This document shows, in pieces, positions 1-9,636 of a DNA stretch of 64,000 nucleotides. The notes under the pieces are model-generated. The model made no database searches, was not told the DNA's origin, and worked only from the letters and a program-made list of their open reading frames with translations. Positions within the stretch are counted from its first letter, which is position 1, and each line of letters begins with the position of its first letter. Source of the stretch: Bacteroides sp. (GTDB lineage Bacteria; Bacteroidota; Bacteroidia; Bacteroidales; Muribaculaceae). A program made the translations under genes and the position numbers. The stretch covers positions 26,133 to 90,132 of the forward strand of contig JAAVEO010000039.1 of the NCBI GenBank assembly GCA_014801225.1, given 5' to 3'.

Positions 1-2
1 TA

Positions 3-2885
3 ATCCACTGCGCCGAAATGAAGAGTGATATTCTTGCCAGTCCATTCTACGGGCACCTCGATCTCCTTCTTATACCAGAGAGCCTTGCCGGGCTCGAGAG
101 GCTGACATACTCCGGAGAGAGAGGACTCGATGGGGAAAGGAACAAGAATCTGAGAATTGAAATCTTCATTGGAGGGAACAGCCTTGGCGTCAACGATAGC
201 ATAGTCCCAGAGACCGTTAAGGTTCTGCCAATCATTTCTTACCATGATGGGACGGGGATACTCGGGGAGAACATTATCAGGGTCGACATCAGCAGCCCAA
301 CGGGTCTTGATATGATTCCCTTTGGGTTCCCATGCCGTGGAAGGCTCGGGAATTTTGGCGAGTTCCTGATCCATAAGCACCTTTGCCCAGAGGCCGGCGA
401 TTACGGAACGTGCGGAGAAGTTCTTGGAAAGACCGTTGTCGCAGGAGTACCAGTCGGAGAGCGGAATGCGGCTACCTGTTTCGTTGATATAATCCCAATG
501 CTGATCGGAGTATTTGTTGAATGTGGCATCATCATCGACGAGGGCTGCCATCCACATGAACCAGTCGGACTTGGTGGAGTCATCGCGGTTGTCAAGGGGT
601 ACACCGTATTTACCATTGTGATTGGCATACCATTCCATCTCGCGATTGTAGACACAGTCGGGGAAATTGTTGTATCCCCACATCTTGTCCCAGAGGAGGT
701 TGTACTTCTGGCTCCATGTGCCGGGCATGTTGAAGCCCATCTTGTAGTGGTTGCCGTCGCGTGCCTCAGCCTCCCAAAGGAGAGCCATTTCCTGACCCCA
801 CTGACGGTATTTCTCGATATCACGGGTATTACCGCCCACGAGAGGGATGAGATCGGCCCAAGCTGCCACAGCAGTGATAGCCTTAACAGCGAGATTTGTG
901 TTCTGCTCGGAAGGACCTTTGAAGTCATCGGTGCAGAGCTGGTTGCCGGGGTTCTGACCCTCGTTGCGGCAGTACTGAGCCCAGGAAGCGAGGATGCTGC
1001 GGTAGGGCTTGAGCCATTCGCCGTCACCTGTAGCCTTGCATATAGCGTTGCAGAGGATAAGGATATTTGCGGTCTCCTCAAGGGGCATACTGTCACCATA
1101 CACCTGACCGTTGGCAAGAGGATACTGGCCAAGGTCGTGAGCCGCACAGTTCTTACCCTTGCGGGCATCGCTCATAGCATAATCGAGGATGGAGAGCACC
1201 ATACCCTTCATCAACTCGGGGTTGTAAAGGAGATAGAGAGGAGAAGAGGGATAGGTAAGGTCGACAGTGTTGACACATCCGTTCGACTTATTCTCCTTGG
1301 AGAAGTATAGAAGTTTACCGGTGTTATCCTGGAAGCACTTGTGAGCTGCCATAGCATGGCGGTAAACACCGGAGAGCTGCTCTGCATACTTAACGTTGCC
1401 GGCCTTCTCGCCGTCATCGTAGATTCTCTTGTCGAGATCGCGGCAACGCTGCATGAGCACGTGATAGTCTTTGCCGAATTCATCGAAAGCCTCGAAGATA
1501 GTCTTCCCGTCGCGTGCGTAATATGCTTTATAATTGTTGCCCATGTACTGCATATCGTACACTTCGTCGTAACCTACCATCATAAAGTCGCGACCCTCTT
1601 TGATCTTGCCCATATCGTTGACAAAGATCATGAGAGGCATCTCGGAGAGGTTGGAGCTTTCAGTGTTGCCGGAAAGAGTGTTGGTCACTTTACCATTGTT
1701 CACAAAGTCAGCCTCACCTGTCTTCTGGCCGGCCACAGCGATCTGTCCGTTGATCTCGGGAATATAGAGATAACCCCAGTCGATAGAGATAAGGTCGCCG
1801 GAGCGTCCGAGTACATTCTGATCCTTGGCACCTGCCTTGAGGTAGCGCACACCGTTCTGAGTGTCGATACCGGTCACAGTGCGCTGGTCCATCTCGTTTA
1901 CGGTAAGCTGAGCGGTAGTGGCGAGATAGAACTGCACATCATGCTCCTTGCCGTCGGTGGAAGTCACCTGATAAGAGATGTAGTTGATAGGAGTGGAAAG
2001 GATATCGGGATCGTCGATAAGGAGAGGAGCTGTGAATACGAGGTCGAGATTCACGGGGCCGCAAGTGAAGTTGTAGTAGCTTCCTGTAGCCATAACGTCC
2101 ACAGAGTTCTGGCGAGCCAACTGAACGGGAGCGTTATCCTTTTCATTAGTATAGATACCGAAGTCGAGATACGCACCGCCGGTAGTATTATGGCAGTGGG
2201 CGGCAAGCACGTGCTTGCCGGGAGTCAAACTCTTCACCACATCGGCGGGAATCTGCTTCTTCTCGTCCATAATCCAGGTCTCGCCTGTGGAAGCTACCTG
2301 CTTGCCGTCGAGATAAAGCTCGAAAACATCGTCATGAGAGAAGGCCACCCAAAGCTCCTTTGCAAGATCATCGGCAGTGAGCTCGATTTCACGACGTACA
2401 TATATATCGGTGTTCTCACCGCTCCACTCGGTAGTGCGGTTGCCATAACCCTCTTTGGAGCCCCAGGATGCATTCTCGGTTGCCCAGTTGCCATCGTTGA
2501 AATTAACAGCTGTCCAGCCTGTGCCGTTCTGTTTGGCACGGCTTACCTTACCTTGCCATTTGTAGCCGTCGGAAACCTGGCCGGCGATAGGATACAGAAG
2601 CACGTCGCGACCTGTGCCCATAAAGCGGTAGGCAGTGCCATCTACTCGGAGGATACCGTCGATAGCCTTTTCATGCTCACACCAGAGACGTGTGGGGCCA
2701 CCATTCAGCGCGTCGTAATTCGACCAGATCGAGAAGAAGGGGTCGTTGACAAGCAGGGGCACTGAGGGGAGCCTCAGGTCTGTCTGCTTGTAAGGCACGA
2801 AGTCAGCCGGAGTCTGAGCCACCGAAGGAGCGGCAACACCGGCGACGAGTGCCATCGCAGCGATTAGATTTTTTGTTAAACTCAT
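3..2885 (-). CDS. Secreted GtaA/'glutaminase A'-like protein (DUF4964/DUF5127/DUF4965/DUF1793 type) fused to a GH2 N-terminal region; 3' end lies outside the window
   Basis: Not in the ORF track because it has no stop in the window. Hand translation from ATG 2885 gives MSLTKNLIAAMALVAGVAAPSVAQ (signal peptide), LRLPSVPLLVNDP, FSKENKSNGCVNTVDLTYP, HDLGQYP, MPLEE, NQLCTDDF, WSQKYN, collinear with 16441-18969. From about 332 downward it reads HIKTRW...PEYPRPIMVRNDWQNLNGLWDYAI...ILVPFPIESSLSG...LHFGAVD, typical of GH2. Confidence 0.88.
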   Translation of the reverse strand, partial: MSLTKNLIAAMALVAGVAAPSVAQTPADFVPYKQTDLRLPSVPLLVNDPFFSIWSNYDALNGGPTRLWCEHEKAIDGILRVDGTAYRFMGTGRDVLLYPIAGQVSDGYKWQGKVSRAKQNGTGWTAVNFNDGNWATENASWGSKEGYGNRTTEWSGENTDIYVRREIELTADDLAKELWVAFSHDDVFELYLDGKQVASTGETWIMDEKKQIPADVVKSLTPGKHVLAAHCHNTTGGAYLDFGIYTNEKDNAPVQLARQNSVDVMATGSYYNFTCGPVNLDLVFTAPLLIDDPDILSTPINYISYQVTSTDGKEHDVQFYLATTAQLTVNEMDQRTVTGIDTQNGVRYLKAGAKDQNVLGRSGDLISIDWGYLYIPEINGQIAVAGQKTGEADFVNNGKVTNTLSGNTESSNLSEMPLMIFVNDMGKIKEGRDFMMVGYDEVYDMQYMGNNYKAYYARDGKTIFEAFDEFGKDYHVLMQRCRDLDKRIYDDGEKAGNVKYAEQLSGVYRHAMAAHKCFQDNTGKLLYFSKENKSNGCVNTVDLTYPSSPLYLLYNPELMKGMVLSILDYAMSDARKGKNCAAHDLGQYPLANGQVYGDSMPLEETANILILCNAICKATGDGEWLKPYRSILASWAQYCRNEGQNPGNQLCTDDFKGPSEQNTNLAVKAITAVAAWADLIPLVGGNTRDIEKYRQWGQEMALLWEAEARDGNHYKMGFNMPGTWSQKYNLLWDKMWGYNNFPDCVYNREMEWYANHNGKYGVPLDNRDDSTKSDWFMWMAALVDDDATFNKYSDQHWDYINETGSRIPLSDWYSCDNGLSKNFSARSVIAGLWAKVLMDQELAKIPEPSTAWEPKGNHIKTRWAADVDPDNVLPEYPRPIMVRNDWQNLNGLWDYAIVDAKAVPSNEDFNSQILVPFPIESSLSGVCQPLEPGKALWYKKEIEVPVEWTGKNITLHFGAVD

Positions 2886-3027
2886 AGATATTTTGGTTAA
2901 TTCAAAAATGATTTCAGGGTCAAATCAAGAGAGAATAGCGGGATTGCTCCCTGAAGATTCATGGCTTGCCTGCGAATCCGGTTGTAAAATTACTTTCTTA
3001 TTATTAAGGAGGGCTGAAAAAAATATT

Positions 3028-3035
3028 CAAAGATA
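3028..3035 (-). promoter_or_regulatory. Candidate Bacteroidetes -7 promoter element (TATCTTTG) for the leftward gene
   Basis: CAAAGATA on the + strand reads TATCTTTG on the - strand, matching TAnnTTTG, about 140 nt upstream of ATG 2885. Confidence 0.4.
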
Positions 3036-3123
3036 GAGAAAATATGGTCAAAGAGTGAAAAAAGGGAGTGAAAGAATAGGAAAAATAAGGGAATCTGTAT
3101 GAAAGAAAAGGTAGTAAGAAGAG

Positions 3124-3200
3124 GAAATATTAGTATTTGAACAGATATTCTCCACAGAAGAGAATGAGAGTATGTACTTTTGCCCTCGAAAGAAATTTCA
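3124..3200 (+). promoter_or_regulatory. PUL promoter: TATTTGA motif plus -7 element TACTTTTG
   Basis: TATTTGA at 3134-3140 and TACTTTTG at 3175-3182. The same 42-nt offset occurs at 6474/6516 and 16340/16382. Confidence 0.65.
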
Positions 3201-3312
3201 GAGTCAGTTCGGTTCCACTTGACATCGAAAGAAGTTTCGGTTAAAATCGGTTCCACACACCCGCATCCACACATTGGAAATATTTTTATTACCTTAAAAT
3301 AACAATAGCAAC

Positions 3313-6054
3313 ATGAAACAAAGACCTTTACTTTTCGGTCTGGTGCTTCTTGCCGGAGGATATGCCTTCGCAGCGGAGTCTCCTTTCACAGGCTCCACTC
3401 CCGAGGAGGCACTCGGAAAAGAGTACTATCTCTATCAGGTTGAGACCGGCACATGGCTTCAGGCAAACATGTCAAAGCTCGACCAGTGGACAACTCACGC
3501 CGAACTTGGTGATGTGGGATTTGATGTAGAACTCAGAAAGCTCGATGGCTTCAACGAGGGATACCAGATATTCTGCAATTTCACCAATAATGGCGAGCTC
3601 AACGGCTCCGATCAGGACCGTTTCTTCCTTGACCAAGGCGACCGTCAGCTCACAGAGTGGATCTTCGAGCCGGTAGCCGGTGCTGAAAATCAGTACAAGA
3701 TCATGGTAAAAGCCCGTCAGGTTGCCGAGGATCGCAGAGATAGAGACGGAGTAGCCGAAGATAGATATATCGGAGCCCGTCCCGGAGAAGAACTTGGAGG
3801 TCTTTCCGACAATCCCACTGAGACCACCTGGCAGCTCGTAAGCCGCGAGGAGCGTCTTGAGAAAGCAATGGCTCAGGCTAAAGCCACCGGTGAACCTGCC
3901 GACATATCCTTCCTTATTCCTTGGAACGACCGCGGTCGTAACGACCAGCGTGACCGTCAATGGGAACAGATCGTAATCAATGATTTTGGTGGAGGCGACG
4001 GATTCGGCGGCAAGGCCGGTTACCCCGTACGCGAGGCTTGGCATCGTATGAACCATACAGCATCCATTACTCTTGAGAATCTTCCCAAAGGCACATACAG
4101 CTTCTCAGTGCAGGCATATTATCGTGACACTGAAATGGAAAGCGATGAATTGCTCCAACGCCATGTGGATGGCACAGAACGTCTTCGCGCAAAATATTCA
4201 GCCGGAGTTGCTACAGGCACTGTCATGTCGATCATGGATGATACCAAGACTTCACAAGGAGGAGGCTTCGAGCGTGAAGTAGAACTCCCCGACGGCCGTA
4301 AAATCTTCGTCCCCGACAATATGGATCAAGCCGGCGAAGCTATGATCGCGGGTAATTATATTAATGAGTTTATCGAGACTCCCGTGACCGACGGCAAACT
4401 TCGTATCTCCATCTCCAAGACAGAGAATGATGATGACTGCCATCGCGATTGGCTTATTTACAAGCGCTTCTTCCTCCGCTATGACTCGGAAGATGTCAAG
4501 GAAGACATTGACGGCATCCGCGGAGAACTCCGTCAGCTGATCGATCAGGCTTACGAACTTCCTTCTCATCCTCTCTTTGCCGAAGTCATCGCTTCCGCTG
4601 AGGAGACTCATGCCAATGCCACTTCATCAAGTGCATTCGTAGATGCAAAGGCTAATCTCCAGAATTGGATTAACATTATCAATACAAGCAGGGATGTAAT
4701 CGACAACTTCCGCGCCACCACTGCTCTCCACTCTGACGATGAGGCTGAAGCAAAATATAATGCCGCTGCCTCTCGCGCTGAATTCGAGAACGCTCTCAAG
4801 ACTCTCCGCTTCGCTTACTTCCGCGCCAATGCCGATACTCACGAGAATGTATTCGAAGGCAGCGAACCCAAAGAGGGTAAATTCTACCTCTATAATGTAG
4901 GTCAGAAGCAGTTCCTTGCCGGCGGTTCCGACTGGGGCGCACACGCAGCCCTCGCCCTCCCCGGCGTAGAACTTACTCTCGAAGAGGGAGAGAACGGCAC
5001 AGATTTCCATATCGAGACCGGACTCTTCAACGGCGACAACCACTATCTCAACTATCGTGGCTATATGGATGCCGGCAAGGGAGGTAAATGGCGTTTCTCC
5101 AAGGTGCCGGGCAAGAGCAACGTTTATCATATCCTTCAGGCCGATTATCCTGATGTCTACGTGGCATGGAATCCCTGGGGATCAGTAGACGCAGGCCAGA
5201 ATGACGACACAAATGTCTGCACGGAGATGCGCGACCTTAAAGAGGATGATCTCAACGCCCAATGGATTCTCGTAAGCCGCGAAGAGCGCGACGAGATGCT
5301 GGCCAACGCTACTGTAGAGAATCCCGTAGATGCCACTTATCTTCTCAAGAGTCCCAACTTCAGCCAGCGCGAGAATGCCCGTGACGTATGGGGAGGAGCG
5401 GAAGTGCCCGGATATGGAGATAACCGCTATGACTTCGTAGCCGAAATATTTAATTCGGCGGATGGCAAGATTCAACAGGAGGTAACACTTCCCAAGGGCG
5501 TCTACGAGATGACTGCACAGGGATTCTTCCGCAATGGCAATGAGAACGCAATGTGGAATGAAGACCAGGATATCAAGAATGCAGAATTCTTTGCCGGAGA
5601 GGATGAAACCAGAAACGTAGCCGTACCCGGTATCCTTACAGGAGCCAACACCGTTCCGGGTGAGGGTCGCAAGGGTGAGTACAACGACTGGGGTACGCTC
5701 GTGACTTACGAGGTGCCTGATATGCCTCACAATGCCACTTCCTATTTCAAGGCCGGCCAATACAAGGCAACCATGAAATTCGTAAGCGACGGCGAGACTG
5801 CCACTCTCCTTGGCGTCAAGAAAGTCGGCAAGGATGTAGACGGCGACTGGGTAGTGGTAGACAATTTCCGTCTCACCTACTACGGAGTCAAGTCGGAACT
5901 CAACGGCGACAGTATCAGCACAGGTGTGGAAGGCGTAGAGGCTGAAGCCGTAAACGACGGCAAGATCTACAATATCCAGGGTCTTGAAGTGAAGGACGCC
6001 TCCGAGCCCGGCTTTTACATCAAGAATGGCAAGAAGTTTGTAGTAGTAAAATAA
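3313..6054 (+). CDS. Secreted, internally duplicated protein with putative glycan-binding beta domains and a T9SS-type C-terminal signal
   Basis: 913-aa ORF with a signal peptide and two related halves (YYLYQVETGTWL / FYLYNVGQKQFL; LPKGTYSFSVQAYYR / LPKGVYEMTAQGFFR). It ends GVEGV...IYNIQG...PGFYIKNGKKFVVVK. Confidence 0.85.
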   Translation: MKQRPLLFGLVLLAGGYAFAAESPFTGSTPEEALGKEYYLYQVETGTWLQANMSKLDQWTTHAELGDVGFDVELRKLDGFNEGYQIFCNFTNNGELNGSDQDRFFLDQGDRQLTEWIFEPVAGAENQYKIMVKARQVAEDRRDRDGVAEDRYIGARPGEELGGLSDNPTETTWQLVSREERLEKAMAQAKATGEPADISFLIPWNDRGRNDQRDRQWEQIVINDFGGGDGFGGKAGYPVREAWHRMNHTASITLENLPKGTYSFSVQAYYRDTEMESDELLQRHVDGTERLRAKYSAGVATGTVMSIMDDTKTSQGGGFEREVELPDGRKIFVPDNMDQAGEAMIAGNYINEFIETPVTDGKLRISISKTENDDDCHRDWLIYKRFFLRYDSEDVKEDIDGIRGELRQLIDQAYELPSHPLFAEVIASAEETHANATSSSAFVDAKANLQNWINIINTSRDVIDNFRATTALHSDDEAEAKYNAAASRAEFENALKTLRFAYFRANADTHENVFEGSEPKEGKFYLYNVGQKQFLAGGSDWGAHAALALPGVELTLEEGENGTDFHIETGLFNGDNHYLNYRGYMDAGKGGKWRFSKVPGKSNVYHILQADYPDVYVAWNPWGSVDAGQNDDTNVCTEMRDLKEDDLNAQWILVSREERDEMLANATVENPVDATYLLKSPNFSQRENARDVWGGAEVPGYGDNRYDFVAEIFNSADGKIQQEVTLPKGVYEMTAQGFFRNGNENAMWNEDQDIKNAEFFAGEDETRNVAVPGILTGANTVPGEGRKGEYNDWGTLVTYEVPDMPHNATSYFKAGQYKATMKFVSDGETATLLGVKKVGKDVDGDWVVVDNFRLTYYGVKSELNGDSISTGVEGVEAEAVNDGKIYNIQGLEVKDASEPGFYIKNGKKFVVVK

Positions 6055-6235
6055 TAGTATTCGAAGTATTTGGATTAAAGATTGTTTAAAACAGTAAGGT
6101 ATTAGCTCCGGGGAATTTTCGGGCATCAGGGAAGCATCAAGCTTTCGGAAAGCTTTCGGCCCCCGGTGACAGAAAAATCTTAAGGGATATCCTCACACGT
6201 TAATTATTGCTTAGAGGACTATTAGGTTCATTGGT

Positions 6236-6276
6236 AGGGACGGCTGCTGCGTGCGTAGCGGCCGTCCTTCTTTTTT
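6236..6276 (+). terminator. Intrinsic terminator
   Basis: AGGGACGGCTGCT...AGCGGCCGTCCTT stem followed by CTTTTTT. Confidence 0.75.
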
Positions 6277-6455
6277 GTCAAGCTGAAGCTTGACCACAGA
6301 ACCAAGACGGCTATTTCTCACCGGCTGCCTTACTGAGGAGAGAAAACGGGGTTAGCCTGCTTAATCATTCCCTAATATCTCGTATTTACTTTATTTTCAA
6401 CACCTTACGACAAACCTATTTTGAGCAAAAATGAATAGAAAAATGGAGATTGACA

Positions 6456-6532
6456 AGTATTTGGCAGTATTTGATTAGAATTTACGATGAGATTGTGAGG
6501 GGAGTATCTATCTTTGCAATTGAAAAACTCAG
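6456..6532 (+). promoter_or_regulatory. PUL promoter: direct repeat AGTATTTGGC-AGTATTTGA plus -7 element TATCTTTG
   Basis: Direct repeat with a 10-nt period at 6456-6474; TATCTTTG at 6509-6516. Confidence 0.7.
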
Positions 6533-6654
6533 CGATTCACCCGAACGAAATTCTATGGATTCAAGAGGGATTCATCAAATGGTAATTTCAGCATTCTAAC
6601 AACTGAAAAAAAACTAACAACAAAAATAAATCACCTTAAAACAACAGCAACAAC

Positions 6655-9474
6655 ATGAAGAAAAGAGATTTACTCTTTGGATTCGCCCTGCTGGCAGGTG
6701 GCTATGCATTCGCAGCTACCTCTCCTTATACAGGTGCGGAAGCAGCTGAAGGCTCCTACTATCTCTATCAGGTAGAGACCGGTACATGGCTTCAGGCAAA
6801 CATGTCAAAGCTCGACCAGTGGACAACTCACGCAGAGCTTGGCGAAGTAGGATTTGACGTAGAACTTAGAAAACTCGAAGGCTTCGAGGAGGGTTTCCAG
6901 ATCTATTGCAATTTCACCAACAACGGTGAGCTCAACGGTTCCGATGAAGACCGCTTCTTCCTCGATCAGGGCGACCGTCAGCTCACAGAGTGGATTTTCG
7001 AGCCCGTAGCCGGCGCTACAAATCAGTACAAGATCAAGGTAAAAGCCCGTGAGGTTGCCGAGGATCGTGTAGGTAGAGACGGCGTAGCCGAGGACCGCTA
7101 TATCGGATATAACTCCGAGGAGGATTTCGGAGGTCTTTCCGATAATCCCACAGAAGGGACATGGCAGCTCGTGACTCGCGCAGAGCGTATCGAGAAGATG
7201 GTAGCCGACGCAAAGGCCGGCAAACCTGCCGACGCCACCTTCCTTATTCCCTGGAACGACCGCGGTCGTAACGACCAGCGTGACCGTCAGTGGCACACAA
7301 GCATCGTCAACAACTATGGAGGCGGCGACGGACATGACGGTTCGCAAGGCTACCCCGTACGTGAGGCTTGGCATCGTATGTCACACACCTCCTCCATCAC
7401 TCTTGAAGGACTTCCCACCGGAACATACAGTTTCGCAGTACAGGCATTCTATAGAGACACTGAGATCGAGAGCGTAGACCTCCGCACCCGCTACAATGAG
7501 GGTACAGAGAATCTTGAGGCCACTTATAGCGCCGGCGCTACCTCAGCCAAGGTAATGTCTATCTTCAAAGAAGCCAAAGATGTTCAGACTGACGGCTACT
7601 CTTACAAATTCTTCACTGATCCCGAATTCCAGATTCCTACAGAGGAAGAGGATCCCGATAAGAACTATATCGAGCAGAACAAGGGTGTCTGGGTGCCCAA
7701 CAGCATGAGCGACGCTTCAATCGCGATGTTGAACGGTGCTTATATCAATGATTGGATTCAGGCTCCTGTCACCGACGGTAACCTCACACTCAGCATCTCC
7801 AAGACTGCCACAGGCGATGAGCACCACCGCGATTGGCTTATCTACAAGCGCTTCTTCCTCCGCTATGATTCCGAGACTCCTATTGCAGAGGATCTGACTC
7901 CGCTCAAGACTACTCTCAGCGAGCTCATCGACCAGGCCAAGAATCTTCCCGCCGCTCCCAAATTCACTGAAGCTATTGATGAAGCTGAGAACGCTCTTTC
8001 TACAGCAACCGGATCGAACGCCCTCCTCTCCGCCACTCAGACTCTTCAGGATTGGGTGAATATCATCTCATCTTCCGCAGATTTCATCAAAGCATTCAAT
8101 GCTACCCTTCCCCTCGTTAAGGATACTGCCGAGTCTGTTGAGAAATTCAACGAAGCTACCGATCGCGGAGGTTTTGAGAATGCTATCAAGACTCTCCGTT
8201 TCCAGCGTCGTCTTGAAGTGGCCGGCACAACCGCTGAAGATGTATTCGCAGGTCAGGCTCCCAAGGCAGGAGAGTTCTATATCTACAACCTTGGTCAGAA
8301 GAAGTTCCTCGCCGGCGGTTCCGACTGGGGTGCACACGCTGCCCTCGCACTTCCCGGCGTAGAGATTACTCTCGAGACAGAGGAAGGTCTTCCCGAGACT
8401 GACTTCCACATCGAGACCGGTCTCTATAATGGTGAGAACAACCACTACCTTAACTATCGCGGCTACATGGATGCTCCCATTGCCGGAGCATGGCGTTTCC
8501 TCCCTGTAGAGGGTAAAGAGAATGTCTACAATATCGTTCAGGCCGACTATCCCGATGTCCACGTAGCTTGGAATCCCTGGGGCAGTGTTGACGCCGGCAA
8601 CAATGACGAGACTAACGTCTGCACAGAGATGCGCGATCTTCAGGCCGACGATCTCAACGCTCAGTGGAAGCTTGTGACTCGTGAAGAGCGTGAGGCTCTC
8701 CTTGACAAGGCTTCTCTCGAAAATCCCGCTGATGCCACATTCTTCATCCAGAGCCCGAACTTCAGCCAGCGTGAGAACGCTACCGATATCTGGGTAGGTG
8801 TAGGTATCCCCAATTATGGAGGCGGCAACTTCTATGACTTCATCGGAGAATTGTGGAACGCATCTGAAGGCGAGGGTGTCAACCAGATGGTTGAGAATCT
8901 TCCCGCCGGTACATATATCCTCTCCGCTCAGGGCTTCTACCGTAACGGCACTGAGAGCAACATGGGCGAATTCGACCAGACTGTAAGCAACGCCGTGCTT
9001 TATGCCGGATCTGAAGAGGTTGAGTTCCCCAACATCATCTCCGAGACAGGCAAGGCTCCCTACGAGGGTCGCACAGTGGTATCCGAGTTCGAAGGCACCG
9101 AGGGCGAAGTATATGAGGTGCCCGACGGTCAGCGTCAGGCCACCGACTACTTCAAGGCCGGTCTCTACAAGATGTATCTCGCTTTCGAGCACGACGGCTC
9201 TGATCTCGCCATCGGATTTGAGAAGACCGCTGCCGGTGAAGAGGGCGATTGGATTGTAGCTGACAACTTCCGTCTTACTTACTATGGCGACGCCTCTCTC
9301 GCTGACGTTCAGAAACTTGCTGACGAGATGACAGGCGTAGAGACTATCGAGACTGAGGCTCCTGCGGCTGTAAACAACGACAAGATCTACAACCTCCAGG
9401 GTATCGAGGTGAAGAACGCTACCGTTCCCGGTATCTACATCCAAAATGGCAAGAAGTTCGTCGTGACTAAATAA
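6655..9474 (+). CDS. Paralog of 3313-6054: secreted, internally duplicated protein with a T9SS-type C-terminus
   Basis: 939-aa ORF sharing long identical peptides with the upstream gene (YYLYQVETGTWLQANMSKLDQWTTHAELG, FLIPWNDRGRNDQRDRQW, FLAGGSDWGAHAALALPGVE). It ends IYNLQG...PGIYIQNGKKFVVTK. Confidence 0.85.
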   Translation: MKKRDLLFGFALLAGGYAFAATSPYTGAEAAEGSYYLYQVETGTWLQANMSKLDQWTTHAELGEVGFDVELRKLEGFEEGFQIYCNFTNNGELNGSDEDRFFLDQGDRQLTEWIFEPVAGATNQYKIKVKAREVAEDRVGRDGVAEDRYIGYNSEEDFGGLSDNPTEGTWQLVTRAERIEKMVADAKAGKPADATFLIPWNDRGRNDQRDRQWHTSIVNNYGGGDGHDGSQGYPVREAWHRMSHTSSITLEGLPTGTYSFAVQAFYRDTEIESVDLRTRYNEGTENLEATYSAGATSAKVMSIFKEAKDVQTDGYSYKFFTDPEFQIPTEEEDPDKNYIEQNKGVWVPNSMSDASIAMLNGAYINDWIQAPVTDGNLTLSISKTATGDEHHRDWLIYKRFFLRYDSETPIAEDLTPLKTTLSELIDQAKNLPAAPKFTEAIDEAENALSTATGSNALLSATQTLQDWVNIISSSADFIKAFNATLPLVKDTAESVEKFNEATDRGGFENAIKTLRFQRRLEVAGTTAEDVFAGQAPKAGEFYIYNLGQKKFLAGGSDWGAHAALALPGVEITLETEEGLPETDFHIETGLYNGENNHYLNYRGYMDAPIAGAWRFLPVEGKENVYNIVQADYPDVHVAWNPWGSVDAGNNDETNVCTEMRDLQADDLNAQWKLVTREEREALLDKASLENPADATFFIQSPNFSQRENATDIWVGVGIPNYGGGNFYDFIGELWNASEGEGVNQMVENLPAGTYILSAQGFYRNGTESNMGEFDQTVSNAVLYAGSEEVEFPNIISETGKAPYEGRTVVSEFEGTEGEVYEVPDGQRQATDYFKAGLYKMYLAFEHDGSDLAIGFEKTAAGEEGDWIVADNFRLTYYGDASLADVQKLADEMTGVETIETEAPAAVNNDKIYNLQGIEVKNATVPGIYIQNGKKFVVTK

Positions 9475-9505
9475 TCCCTTAGGATTCTACAGATTATTCT
9501 GATAT

Positions 9506-9543
9506 AAAATCCCCGCTCCCGCACCACGGGGCGGGGATTTTTT
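9506..9543 (+). terminator. Intrinsic terminator
   Basis: AAAATCCCCGC...GCGGGGATTTT stem with a T-tract, just after the stop at 9474. Confidence 0.85.
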
Positions 9544-9636
9544 CAACTATTTCCAATTATTTCCTATAATTGCAACTGTTGACTAATTTTATTATCTTTG
9601 CAAATTGTAAAGACTTAATATCTAATTGAATAACGG

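Noticed and set aside
18-2765. Long + strand ORFs (430 and 474 aa)
   Set aside because: They are antisense shadows, in codon register, of the real minus-strand GtaA-like/GH2 gene.
3186-3256. Possible mini-CRISPR array
   Set aside because: Only two imperfect units with a 6-nt gap, and no cas genes in the window.
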